Shown here piece after piece: positions 9,201-17,526 of a DNA stretch of 41,519 nucleotides. Under the pieces are notes generated by a model. That model ran no database searches and was not told the DNA's origin. It saw only the letters and a list, made by a program, of their open reading frames with translations. The stretch is from Myxococcota bacterium (lineage in GTDB: Bacteria; Myxococcota_A; Bradymonadia; UBA4248). The stretch lies in assembly GCA_045597285.1 (NCBI GenBank), contig JAZODZ010000640.1:1-41519 (forward strand), written 5' to 3'. Position 1 is the first letter of the stretch, and each line of letters begins with the position of its first letter. The translations under genes and the position numbers were made by a program.

Positions 9201-9721
9201 GTTTCGATGAGGATCAGGTCGATTCCTGCATAGAGCAATGTCCGTATTTGCTGTTCGTAAGCGGCGACGAACTCATCGAAACCGAGTTTTCGGAGTTCGG
9301 GATGATCGACATCGGATGCAATGGAAAGCGATGTATTTGTAGGGCCGATGGAACCAGCGACGAGACAAGGGCGGCCAACGATTTGAACGGCTTTTTTAGC
9401 CAGTCTGACGGCGGCTTCGTTCATCGCAATGACGTCACCTGCGAGCCCGTATTCTTCCTGAGTAATTTGATTGGCGCCAAATGTATTCGTTTCGATGATG
9501 TCGGATCCGGCGCGAATATACTCGCAATGGATATCGCAGATGACATCGGGGCAAGTCAGCGCGAGCACATCGTGATTGCCCTTGAGAGCACAGGCATGGT
9601 TTGCGTAACGCGATCCGCGATAATCACTTTCGGTTAAATGCTGTCGCTGGATCATCGTCCCCATGGCACCGTCGATCACGAGAACGCGATGAGCCAGACC
9701 TGCCTTAATGAGTTTTTCCAT
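6227..9721 (-). CDS. metH: Cobalamin-dependent methionine synthase
   Basis: 1164 aa. It has the Hcy-binding VIDGAMGTM and GGCCGTTP, a pterin-binding region, the B12 motif GDVHDIGKNIVG (DxHxxG) and a C-terminal AdoMet reactivation domain. Confidence 0.95.
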   Translation of the reverse strand: MEKLIKAGLAHRVLVIDGAMGTMIQRQHLTESDYRGSRYANHACALKGNHDVLALTCPDVICDIHCEYIRAGSDIIETNTFGANQITQEEYGLAGDVIAMNEAAVRLAKKAVQIVGRPCLVAGSIGPTNTSLSIASDVDHPELRKLGFDEFVAAYEQQIRTLLYAGIDLILIETAFDVLNAKAALYAAQSAFQATGTVVPIMVSSSLADQAGRLLCGQELEAFVQTIAAFHPAVIGLNCGFGVLDMERFLPVLAKSVPDDIAISCYPNAGLPDSAGAYHDSPEYMAQKLAEFVQNGWLNIVGGCCGTTPEHIRAIAGKVRNIDHIRPLKSAKTLDKLDLCGLGTIDETGRMVIAERANVTGSRRFKRLIEQKKWDEALDVTRSQMKQGAQLIDICMDSVEEAPLCMREFLRRMNAEPWISRYPVVLDSSDFEVIRVGLRECQGRCLVNSISLKNGEDEFLQHAREIHALGAAVVIMAFDEKGQASTTERRVSILSRAIQLLLERANFRLSDIVVDPNILAIGTGLEEHANQAVSFIETCRLLRERFPGIHTSGGLSNLSFSFRGRDDVRAAIHTAFLRQAGSDLTMVIANPATMSVQSDPELDRLADNLVACRGDDALENLLEWMKTHAPEGDTKPVQNDRSDALLPEERLKHAFIHGISKHLEDDMNALSERLKPLQIIEGPLMDAMNEVGERFGRGEMFLPQIVKAARMMKQAIACLPIPQTEHGSTRKKILIATVFGDVHDIGKNIVGIVLSCSGYEVIDLGVMVETQRIVEAARDVDAIGLSGLISPSLGVMVDVAKALNDAGIRVPLFVGGAAANDAHAALHLAPAYAPGHCCHIADASKVPGVLKEWLSPETQSEFIRRLEEKHAQIRMAAQAQNRPTVSIAEARKLAPAHTFSPELTAAIKVQICQGLRRLTWTTHDLYARLDWAFVERTLAAKTPETRQLLRQQSHLLCRHADETGCLQTQARLIFLPACRSGDDIVLPDSETTLWGIRVQQENLPHDALADWIPESDGGIGLFALSTSCDGMENLPDIPDVGLDGEHIAILAQTLAAALVEAANVTMHEEIVRPLGNYICPAPGYPISPDHSLKKDILRLTRAHEIGISLTPGFMMQPLASICGMTIVHPEARYFHPGRIERDQWGDMATRRNMDIAELMRICGQ

Positions 9722-9723
9722 GG

Positions 9724-12700
9724 CTACGTGCCTTCAAGGCTTTCTTCATTTGTGTTTGTCGGGTGTTCCGAGTCCTCGGGGCGTTTTAAACTCCGATAAA
9801 GTTTGACGATCGTGAAGATCCAGAAAACGCCGAACAGAATGACGAGGAGGAGCGTGTGCCAGAGGGATTTGGGCGATTTATCGGCTTCGATGATGAAGCC
9901 GTTTTCACAGATCGTTGCCGGATCCTGATAGATGCCGCCGACTGCCAGGACTTCGCCTGTTTCAAGCGTTGTAAGGCTGTAAATATCTTCGAGAATGGGG
10001 GTCGCGATGAGCTCCAGAGGGGACATGTTGCGCGGCATGGTATAAATCACGCCACCCTTTCCAGCGAAGTATATCTGAATATCATTTTCTCGCTTGGCGA
10101 TTGTGCAGGATGTGATGTCGAAATCGAACTTGTATTTGAGCTTTGTCCAGTGGTTGAGGCCATTCTGAGAGCGATAGATGGTCCCGCCGTCGCCAACGGC
10201 GAGCCCGAAAGAACCGTCCGGCGTAAGACAGACATCGCGAAGCGTCATGTTTGAATGCGGCGAAAGCTGAGTCCAGCTTTGACCGTAGTTATCGGAATAC
10301 AGGATCGTGCTGTTATCGCCGACTGCGACGGCATAAGATCCCGCCGTGGCGACGGCGTGAAAATCGGTAATCGTATTGCGCCGCCAGCTCCACGTTTTTC
10401 CGTTATCTGAACTCATCAGAATCAGGGGATAAGTGGCATCGATGGCTTCCGAGGCCAGCCACCAGCTGGAACCGGAACGCACTAAACGAGCGCTCTCTGG
10501 ATTGAATCCGACTTCCATTTTCCAGGGATGCTCGTCGGACAACAGGGAAAGCAACCAGACGCCTTCGCGCACGGATTCCGATTTGAGGATGGTCGGTTTG
10601 TTTTGAATGCAGACGGCGTCGACGGCATTTTCCGTGACATTGCCGTCGATAATGATGCGTTTGTTCTCGAGATCGTGGACGAAAGGTTTACCGCCACAGG
10701 CTCCCAAACGGATGTCGTCCGATAACGGCTGTGTTACGGGACTGGGTTCGCTCAGACGGTCATTTTCGAGTTTTGCCGTAAAATAGTTCTGCGCATTTGC
10801 CATGCCGACGACGATATCGTTGCCATTGGAAACGATGCCGCGAAGCTGGAAACCGTTGTCGACACAGGTAACTTTCTCGGTTTCAGCTTGTGGCAAACGG
10901 CGATAGATGCAATTGTTGTCGATGAGATAGCCGATGGTTTGGACGAAGGTTCCGTCGATAAACCCGGAAGGAAGGGATTTCCATTTTCCGAGACCGTGGA
11001 GATCTTCCATGGCATTTCCACCGCCATCGAAAACCCAGACGATATCGCCGTTATTGGACATCGCGATATGGCTGACATTTGCCGCAAGCCCGGATTCCTC
11101 GCGATGGAATGTGTAGCCGTTGTCGAGCGAACGGTAGAGAACGCCATCTCCGACTGCTATAAGCGCATTTCTGCCGCGGGCATGATCCGGGAGAAGCGGC
11201 AGATCGGACGACGCAAAGGCGATATCCGTGACGTTGGAACGCCCTTTTTTCCACAGCGATGTAAGCTTGAGGGCATTATTTGGTGCATCGTCGATCTGAT
11301 CGATCCTCGATTCATTTCCGACTGCAATGACGTGCAGATAACCCGATTTCTGGACGGTGTGATCGAGCGCGATGCCGCGGTAATGGTGTTCGGCATTTCG
11401 GGCTCTGACGTAGCATTCGCCATCGACGCCTTTGCAGAATCCCCAAAGTCCGAATGCTCCGGCAAAGACGAAACCTTCTCCGAATTCCGGCGTCGTATCG
11501 ATGTCGTAAATAGAACGTTCCGTCGATGAATTCCTGGAACGCCATGTTTCGCCGCCATCCTTTGTGACGAGCATCACGCCTTTTTCGCCCGCAATGACGC
11601 CTTTTTTATCTCCCGTAAACCGAATGGCCCGCAAAGTTCTGTCTTTGATGTGAAGCTGTCGTTTTTTCCACGAAAGACCGTCCTCGCTTGTCATCAGGAG
11701 ACTATCCGCGCCAACGGCCCAAAACATGCCGCCATGATAGGTGACATCGTACAAATCTTCAGCCGTATAGCGGTTTAATGCTTCGGCCAGAGACGCTTCT
11801 ACGGAATTGCCGGCCAGGATATCGCGCACGATGCCATAAGAGGCATAAGAGCCCGAAATGCGTTGAATTCTGTCAAAAATGCCGGCATCGTTGGCTTTGG
11901 CGACGGCGATGGAACCTTCACTGCCAACGGCAACCCATGTTTTTCCGTCATCCGAAACCGCAGACGCATTGAGATCTGCCGTAAACTCGATACCGGGAAC
12001 GTCATCGGGTTCCCAGGTTTCCCATTGTGCACCGGGTTTATCGAGCGCAAGCCTTGCAACGTGGCCTTTTTTACCCGTGGCAACGACATAGCCCGGGACT
12101 TTGGCAAGGCTCGTCCACTCCGTTCGAACTGGCGAAACGCCGTGAGTCCACGAAGCGTCATTGGGGCCGCGATACATGAGCAGCTTGCCTGCCGCAAACC
12201 AACGTTTGTCGGTTCGGATGATGTCATTAAAGACGAAACTGTCATCCAGTCTTGCTGGGAACCAGCCCTCGCGGTTGTTCCATGCGGTTTGGAGCAAGCC
12301 TTCGCGTCCAACAGAGATAAGCGCGGGAACGTTCATCTCATCGCCGGGTTCCGGATCCGTAAACGTGACATCGAGGACATCCTGCGAAATGGAGAGCGCA
12401 TTCGGCGAAGGCTTGTACGACTCGCCACCAACCCACCCGTGTCGACCGCCATACACGACTTGTGAACCGGATGGAGAATGCGCGATGGAGGTTGCTTCGC
12501 TTGCGATTTTGAGCGTTGATTTTTTCCAGGTTAATCCGCCGTCGGTCGTGTTGAGAAGCGTGTTGTTTTTGCCGAGGGCCAGGCCACCACGTCCCCGGAG
12601 TGGCTCAACATCGATGAGCGTCTCATGCGTATCGGTATCGGCAGGAATGTTAGACCCGTCCGGCATGATCTGAATCGCGATGCCGCCTTTTCCCAAAAGC

Positions 12701-13584
12701 GCTTCCTTGCGTTTGCGTTCAGCGGGGGACAGACTCTCGCAAAAAAACGTCCCATAGCTTTTCGAGTAATAATCACGAATCGGGGCATATTTAACGGCCT
12801 CTTCGGTATCAAATCGTCGCAATCGACCGCTCACGCTGATTTCTTGGGCATTTTGGTTGATAGTGAGAGTGGCCGACGTATTGGACATGAAGGAAGCAAA
12901 ACGGGAATTTTCCTTTTCTTCCTGAATATAGAGGCCGCTTCCAAGAAGCTGATAGACGAGTTTTTCGGTACTCCTCGAGAGTACATCATCCTTGGATTTG
13001 ATGGCGATTTGCCGAATTGGAATGCCGTGAACCGTGACGTATCGATTATCCGGAAATTCTTGCGACTTTCCGACCTGCCCGTTGTCTGTGATGCGATATT
13101 CCTGTGCAGAACCAAGGTCTATGGGCTCAGAACTGGAAAAAAAGTATTCGAGGTCTTCTCTTTGTGACCAGGTGTACCAGGGAACAAAACATACGACACC
13201 GACCATGAGCAACATTCCGAACATGGAAGGACGTTTGTTTTTTTTCTCCTTTCGCCATTGTTTGCGAATGGCTTTGACGGCATCCTCATCGACATGGGTT
13301 GCAAGCGTTTCGTCGACGGGATCGTGGTAATTGTAATCCTCTTCCTCATCCTTTTCTTCGGGGGCGGAAGAATCGGTCGAATCGGCTTGAAAAAACGAAT
13401 CGTCAGGTCCGGAATCGGAACCGTCACTGTCCTCGGGCCGCGTTGTTTCGGCAGCCGAATTATCGGGAGCCACATCGTCCGAACCGGTGTTTTCGCCGGT
13501 TTGGATTGGATCGTGTGGAGCAGAGTCCGACGGATTATCTTCGGATGATGACACGGTTTCGTTGCGGGCGTTGTCGTCGTTCAT
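9724..13584 (-). CDS. Giant two-TM envelope protein with multiple BNR/Asp-box (Ycf48/sialidase-like) beta-propeller repeats
   Basis: ATG at 13582-13584 (the track start at 13590 is TTG). An acidic N-tail is followed by the TM MFGMLLMVGVVCFVPWYTW. There are at least 7 Asp-box-like motifs (TDGGLTW, SEDGLSW, KDGGETW, SDDGKTW, SLDNGYTF, SDNGKTW, NYGQSW). A C-terminal TM is LLLVILFGVFWIFTIV. Confidence 0.8.
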   Translation of the reverse strand: MNDDNARNETVSSSEDNPSDSAPHDPIQTGENTGSDDVAPDNSAAETTRPEDSDGSDSGPDDSFFQADSTDSSAPEEKDEEEDYNYHDPVDETLATHVDEDAVKAIRKQWRKEKKNKRPSMFGMLLMVGVVCFVPWYTWSQREDLEYFFSSSEPIDLGSAQEYRITDNGQVGKSQEFPDNRYVTVHGIPIRQIAIKSKDDVLSRSTEKLVYQLLGSGLYIQEEKENSRFASFMSNTSATLTINQNAQEISVSGRLRRFDTEEAVKYAPIRDYYSKSYGTFFCESLSPAERKRKEALLGKGGIAIQIMPDGSNIPADTDTHETLIDVEPLRGRGGLALGKNNTLLNTTDGGLTWKKSTLKIASEATSIAHSPSGSQVVYGGRHGWVGGESYKPSPNALSISQDVLDVTFTDPEPGDEMNVPALISVGREGLLQTAWNNREGWFPARLDDSFVFNDIIRTDKRWFAAGKLLMYRGPNDASWTHGVSPVRTEWTSLAKVPGYVVATGKKGHVARLALDKPGAQWETWEPDDVPGIEFTADLNASAVSDDGKTWVAVGSEGSIAVAKANDAGIFDRIQRISGSYASYGIVRDILAGNSVEASLAEALNRYTAEDLYDVTYHGGMFWAVGADSLLMTSEDGLSWKKRQLHIKDRTLRAIRFTGDKKGVIAGEKGVMLVTKDGGETWRSRNSSTERSIYDIDTTPEFGEGFVFAGAFGLWGFCKGVDGECYVRARNAEHHYRGIALDHTVQKSGYLHVIAVGNESRIDQIDDAPNNALKLTSLWKKGRSNVTDIAFASSDLPLLPDHARGRNALIAVGDGVLYRSLDNGYTFHREESGLAANVSHIAMSNNGDIVWVFDGGGNAMEDLHGLGKWKSLPSGFIDGTFVQTIGYLIDNNCIYRRLPQAETEKVTCVDNGFQLRGIVSNGNDIVVGMANAQNYFTAKLENDRLSEPSPVTQPLSDDIRLGACGGKPFVHDLENKRIIIDGNVTENAVDAVCIQNKPTILKSESVREGVWLLSLLSDEHPWKMEVGFNPESARLVRSGSSWWLASEAIDATYPLILMSSDNGKTWSWRRNTITDFHAVATAGSYAVAVGDNSTILYSDNYGQSWTQLSPHSNMTLRDVCLTPDGSFGLAVGDGGTIYRSQNGLNHWTKLKYKFDFDITSCTIAKRENDIQIYFAGKGGVIYTMPRNMSPLELIATPILEDIYSLTTLETGEVLAVGGIYQDPATICENGFIIEADKSPKSLWHTLLLVILFGVFWIFTIVKLYRSLKRPEDSEHPTNTNEESLEGT

Positions 13585-13586
13585 AA

Positions 13587-14030
13587 TCAAAATTCTCCGC
13601 TCATTCCGGCGTATTTTCGAAGGATTTCGGGAATGGATTTCTGATCGTGGCAGACGGCCAATTTTTTGCCGAAGTCCACTGCGATTTGATGGATCGTATC
13701 GATGTCGGCCTGCGGGATATTTTGCGTGGCGTAGTCGAGAGAATCGATCCAGGCTTTGTGGCTGTCATAGTATTTCGTTATTTCGTCAGACATTGCCTGA
13801 CAGTTCCCGCTTTGAGCGGCCACGGCTTCATCGAGACCTTTAAAAAAGGCGATGAGTTTTTGAGACTCGCTATCTTGCCGTGAATTGGTCTGTTCTGAAG
13901 TATTCAGTTCTGCATTCTGAATCTCAGGCTGAACCGATTCCTCGGCAGGAACGGGAAGTTCCTGCGCAAAAGCGAGCATTGGCAAGGAAATGAGCGCTGT
14001 AACCAAAGCTGGATAGAATAATATTTTCAT
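13587..14030 (-). CDS. Small secreted protein of unknown function
   Basis: ATG at 14028-14030 gives MKILFYPALVTALISLPMLAFAQE, a signal peptide. The mature part has 2 Cys. Its TGA (13587-13589) lies 2 nt before the ATG of the giant gene. Confidence 0.6.
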   Translation of the reverse strand: MKILFYPALVTALISLPMLAFAQELPVPAEESVQPEIQNAELNTSEQTNSRQDSESQKLIAFFKGLDEAVAAQSGNCQAMSDEITKYYDSHKAWIDSLDYATQNIPQADIDTIHQIAVDFGKKLAVCHDQKSIPEILRKYAGMSGEF

Positions 14031-14115
14031 ACATATTCCCACGTACAACCACAATGGAGCATATTCACAAAAAATGTGTTATAGTGCATCTGGCCTGAGG
14101 GCCAAACGAGAGGAG

Positions 14116-14121
14116 TATAAT
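14116..14121 (+). promoter_or_regulatory. Possible -10 box (TATAAT) for malQ
   Basis: A perfect TATAAT lies 65 nt upstream of the malQ ATG in the divergent intergenic region. No convincing -35 is present (CCTGAG at 17 nt). Confidence 0.25.
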
Positions 14122-14186
14122 ACAATTTTTAATAAATTGCCGTTAAGTAAATGAGAATCTTGAACGGCATTTCAAGAGAGGAAAAA

Positions 14187-15719
14187 ATGCGCAGAAGTGG
14201 TGTTTTGCTTCATCCGACGAGTTTACCTGGGCAGGCTGGAATTGGATCGATAGGTGGCCCGGCCAGAGAGTTTGTGAGATTTTTGGCGGCTGCGGGTCAG
14301 CGCGTGTGGCAGGTGTTGCCGTTGGTTCCGACGGATGACGGTGGATGTCCGTACAATTCGACGAGTGCGATGGCGGTGAACACACGGTTGGTCGACATCA
14401 AGGATTTATGCCGTCCCGAATACAATTTGCTGACACAAGACGATATCGCGGATGCACCCTATGCCCAACGAGCGGATCGCGCAGATTTTGTGCTCGCCCG
14501 CGAATGGAAGACATCGAAACTGGCACTGGCATTGGCGCGTATGAAAGCTGGGACGATGCCGGTTCATGCGGAACTTCGGGATGCCTTTAAGGCATTTTGC
14601 CAAACGAATGCGTCCTGGCTCGATGATTTTGCGTTGTTCGACACATTGCAGAACGAACTTAAAGAAGGGCCGCTGTGGACGAACTGGCCGAAAGGTCTCC
14701 GGAATAGAGACGAGAAAGCGTTGAAAGAAGCGGCTGAGCGATATGCCTCGCAGATCGAGCTCCGAAAGTTCGGGCAGTTTATTTTCCATCGCCAGTGGAA
14801 TGCCCTTCGGACAATGGCGAAAGAAAACGGCATTAAGATCATGGGGGACGTGCCGATTTTTGTGTCGTTGAACTCGGTGGATGTGTGGTGCCATCGCGAG
14901 CTGTTTGAACTGGATGCAGAAGGATTTCCTGGTGCGGTAGCTGGTGTGCCGCCTGATTATTTTGCAAAGCAGGGACAGCTTTGGGGCAATCCTCTTTACA
15001 ACTGGAAAGCACTTGAAGCAACGGGATACCGCTGGTGGCTGGATCGTCTTTCGGCACTGAATCAGTTGGTGGATATCGTTCGAATCGATCATTTCCGCGG
15101 ATTTGAGGCGTTTTGGAGCGTTCCTGCAACGGAAAAAACCGCGATTAACGGGCACTGGGTCAAAGGGCCTGGAATGAAATTTTTCAATGCGGTGGCAAAA
15201 GCATTGCCGGATTTGGAAATCATCGCGGAAGATTTGGGCATCGTGACGGAAGCCGTCGACGAACTTCGTAAAGCGGCCGGATTCCCGGGCATGCGAGTTC
15301 TCCAGTTTGGTTTCCCCATTGGGGATGCGAATGATCACCATGCGCTGCATATGCACACGCAGGACAGCGTCGTCTATTGCGGGACGCATGACAATGACAC
15401 GACGGTTGGCTGGTATCTGTCACTCGATGAAGTACAGCGCGATCGCGTTCGTTGTTACCTCTCGATCGATGGCAACGAGATCGCATGGCAGTTAATGCGG
15501 GCAGCGGAATCATCAGTCGCGGATTTGTGCATCGTGACGGTTCAGGACTTGTTAAGCCTGGATTCTTCGGCACGCATGAACGTTCCTGGAATAGCGAAAG
15601 GGAACTGGTCATGGCGCATGACGGAACCGCTTCCGGGGTGGATTGCCGATCGCCTTAAGAACATGATCGAAATTTATGGGCGTGCTGAATGGCAACAGAT
15701 CAAAAAAGTTGTCGAATAG
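14187..15719 (+). CDS. malQ: 4-alpha-glucanotransferase (amylomaltase)
   Basis: Motifs are GVLLHPTSLPG, WGNPLYNW, RIDHFRGF, IAEDLG and GTHDN. The start is moved to the ATG at 14187, preceded by GAGAGG. Confidence 0.9.
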   Translation: MRRSGVLLHPTSLPGQAGIGSIGGPAREFVRFLAAAGQRVWQVLPLVPTDDGGCPYNSTSAMAVNTRLVDIKDLCRPEYNLLTQDDIADAPYAQRADRADFVLAREWKTSKLALALARMKAGTMPVHAELRDAFKAFCQTNASWLDDFALFDTLQNELKEGPLWTNWPKGLRNRDEKALKEAAERYASQIELRKFGQFIFHRQWNALRTMAKENGIKIMGDVPIFVSLNSVDVWCHRELFELDAEGFPGAVAGVPPDYFAKQGQLWGNPLYNWKALEATGYRWWLDRLSALNQLVDIVRIDHFRGFEAFWSVPATEKTAINGHWVKGPGMKFFNAVAKALPDLEIIAEDLGIVTEAVDELRKAAGFPGMRVLQFGFPIGDANDHHALHMHTQDSVVYCGTHDNDTTVGWYLSLDEVQRDRVRCYLSIDGNEIAWQLMRAAESSVADLCIVTVQDLLSLDSSARMNVPGIAKGNWSWRMTEPLPGWIADRLKNMIEIYGRAEWQQIKKVVE

Positions 15720-15739
15720 AAATATTTTAACTATGATAA

Positions 15740-15773
15740 ACACAGTCTATTAGGCATAATAGGCTGTGTTTTT
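15740..15773 (+). terminator. Rho-independent terminator after malQ
   Basis: A 13-bp stem (ACACAGTCTATTA / TAATAGGCTGTGT, one G-U pair) has loop GGCA and is followed by TTTTT. Confidence 0.7.
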
Positions 15774-15853
15774 CGCATTCGTTCAAAAATGCGAAAAAGA
15801 GATGAAGTTAAACTGATACACTGCATAAACCATTAACGTAGTGAGGTTATATT

Positions 15854-17299
15854 ATGTCGAAGCGATTGATTACGGGTTTGCTGGCGGCTTCTCTGGCATT
15901 GCTGTCTTTTGGCTGTGATGAGGATAACGGTAATACTCGTCCACAGAAGCCGACAACAGGCGATGAGTGTTCATCAGATACATGGTCTGATGCGTGTAAA
16001 AATGAGAGCACGCTATTGAAATGTGAAGGTGGAAAAGTTGTCTCAGAAGACTGTGGGGAAGGCAACAAGTGTCAAAAAGGTAAGTGCGTTGCGAAACCAG
16101 CTCCCACTGTTACATGTAAAGTGAGTGAGAGTAAGCCAGCTTGCACGAAAGATGGTCATCTTCAGACTTGTGTCGATGGAATTCTGCAAACACAAGACTG
16201 CGCATTTGGTTGCGAGAATGGTGCATGTGTTACAGCATGTACGTGGACAGATAAACGATGTAACAACTCCAATACAGCCATGACAAAATGCAAGGATGGA
16301 ATAATCGAGGTTGTTGAAGAGTGCCCATGTAGCTTGGGCAAGTGCAAGAAAACATGCACTGACAAAGGCACTAGCAAATGTAATGGCAACACATTGGTAT
16401 CCTGCGATTCCGATGGCTTTGAAAATGAAGTGGCATGCGCAAATGGTTGTGCGGATGGGAAATGCGAAGAACGATGTCAAGAAGGTTGTGTTGGTAAAAA
16501 GCTGGTCAAATGTAATGAAGGCATGGAAGATAGTGTCACAACCTGCGAGTATGGGTGCAAAGACAACAAATGTCTGACTAAAGAAGAAGCGGGTGGCGGC
16601 GAACCCTCTGATCCGGGAAGCCAAGGCGGTACCGGTGATAGTGGCGGTGGTGGTGGTGTCGTCACTGTTCCATGCGCAGATGATCCAGTGCGTTGCAGTC
16701 TTAAAAACGAATTGATCGTTTGCGATGAAAATGGTCAAAAAACAGTAACACCTTGTGAGTTTGGATGCGCGGACAACAAGTGTAAAGACGCATCTACTGC
16801 ACCGGCGTGTAACGATACAAGCGATCACTGCGATACTTTCGGCCTGAATGTGTTACGTTGTGTTAATGGTAAACAGGCACAGATTGGTTGCGAATTTGGT
16901 TGCACCAATGGACAATGTAATGATGAAGCCAACGCAATCAATTGCACGGAAGGGGCAACTGAATGTCAAAACGGCGGTCAGATGATCATGGAATGCAAGA
17001 ATAACAAGCTTGAGTTCAAAGGCTGTGAGTATGGTTGCACAGATGGAAAATGTAACGATAAACCTGCCGAGAAAGACTCTTGCAAAGGTAAAGGTGACAC
17101 ATGTTCCTTTAGCGGTGGCAAATGGAAGATGAGAAAATGTGTCAATGAATTTTATGAGGATGAAATTTGTGAGGGCAAGTGTGCATTTAATGCCTTCGGC
17201 AAAGGCGAAATCCAGTGTGTTCCCAGCACTTACTGCACTGTAGATATGGAGTGCAAAAATAATACGACCTGTGACACTGAACAGTTTAAATGCATTTAA
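15854..17299 (+). CDS. Lipoprotein built from about nine tandem ~40-aa six-Cys modules
   Basis: The lipobox is LLSFGC. The repeated module is C-x6-C-x9-C-x8/10-C-x3-C-x4-C, for example CTEGATECQNGGQMIMECKNNKLEFKGCEYGCTDGKC. A Gly/Ser linker sits mid-protein. It is a paralogue of the CDS at 1-453. Confidence 0.8.
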   Translation: MSKRLITGLLAASLALLSFGCDEDNGNTRPQKPTTGDECSSDTWSDACKNESTLLKCEGGKVVSEDCGEGNKCQKGKCVAKPAPTVTCKVSESKPACTKDGHLQTCVDGILQTQDCAFGCENGACVTACTWTDKRCNNSNTAMTKCKDGIIEVVEECPCSLGKCKKTCTDKGTSKCNGNTLVSCDSDGFENEVACANGCADGKCEERCQEGCVGKKLVKCNEGMEDSVTTCEYGCKDNKCLTKEEAGGGEPSDPGSQGGTGDSGGGGGVVTVPCADDPVRCSLKNELIVCDENGQKTVTPCEFGCADNKCKDASTAPACNDTSDHCDTFGLNVLRCVNGKQAQIGCEFGCTNGQCNDEANAINCTEGATECQNGGQMIMECKNNKLEFKGCEYGCTDGKCNDKPAEKDSCKGKGDTCSFSGGKWKMRKCVNEFYEDEICEGKCAFNAFGKGEIQCVPSTYCTVDMECKNNTTCDTEQFKCI

Positions 17300-17326
17300 G
17301 CTTTTATAACTCAGTGACATAAAGAT

Positions 17327-17364
17327 ACTCCCCATAGTTGCCAGCAACCATGGGGAGTTTTTTT
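17327..17364 (+). terminator. Rho-independent terminator after the Cys-rich lipoprotein gene
   Basis: The stem ACTCCCCAT / ATGGGGAGT has a 14-nt loop and is followed by TTTTTTT. Confidence 0.7.
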
Positions 17365-17424
17365 GTTCTTCCAAAAACTAACATCAACGTGATGTGTGAC
17401 AAACCGGAAGAGATACAAAACGCC

Positions 17425-17516
17425 GCGTATCCCTACGGGATAGAAGCGCCGGGCGTATCGCCGCAGGCGATAGCCCGGCACGTGAGCCGTATGCGCCTGC
17501 GGCGCATAGGCGAGCA
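17425..17516 (-). repeat. Family-H hairpin cluster (3 modules) directly after the lyase gene
   Basis: The modules are GTATCCC-TAC-GGGATA, GCCGGGC-GTATCGCCGCAGGCGATA-GCCCGGC and GCCGTATGCGCC-TGC-GGCGCATAGGC. The core is in G-TAT...ATA orientation. Confidence 0.7.
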
Positions 17517-17526
17517 CCACAAAAAA

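Noticed and set aside
9719-9726. I looked for a cobalamin or SAM riboswitch, or another leader, in front of metH.
   Set aside because: There is no leader. The metH ATG lies 2 nt after the stop of the preceding gene. The nearest non-coding DNA upstream in the operon is at 14031-14186 and shows no recognisable riboswitch core.
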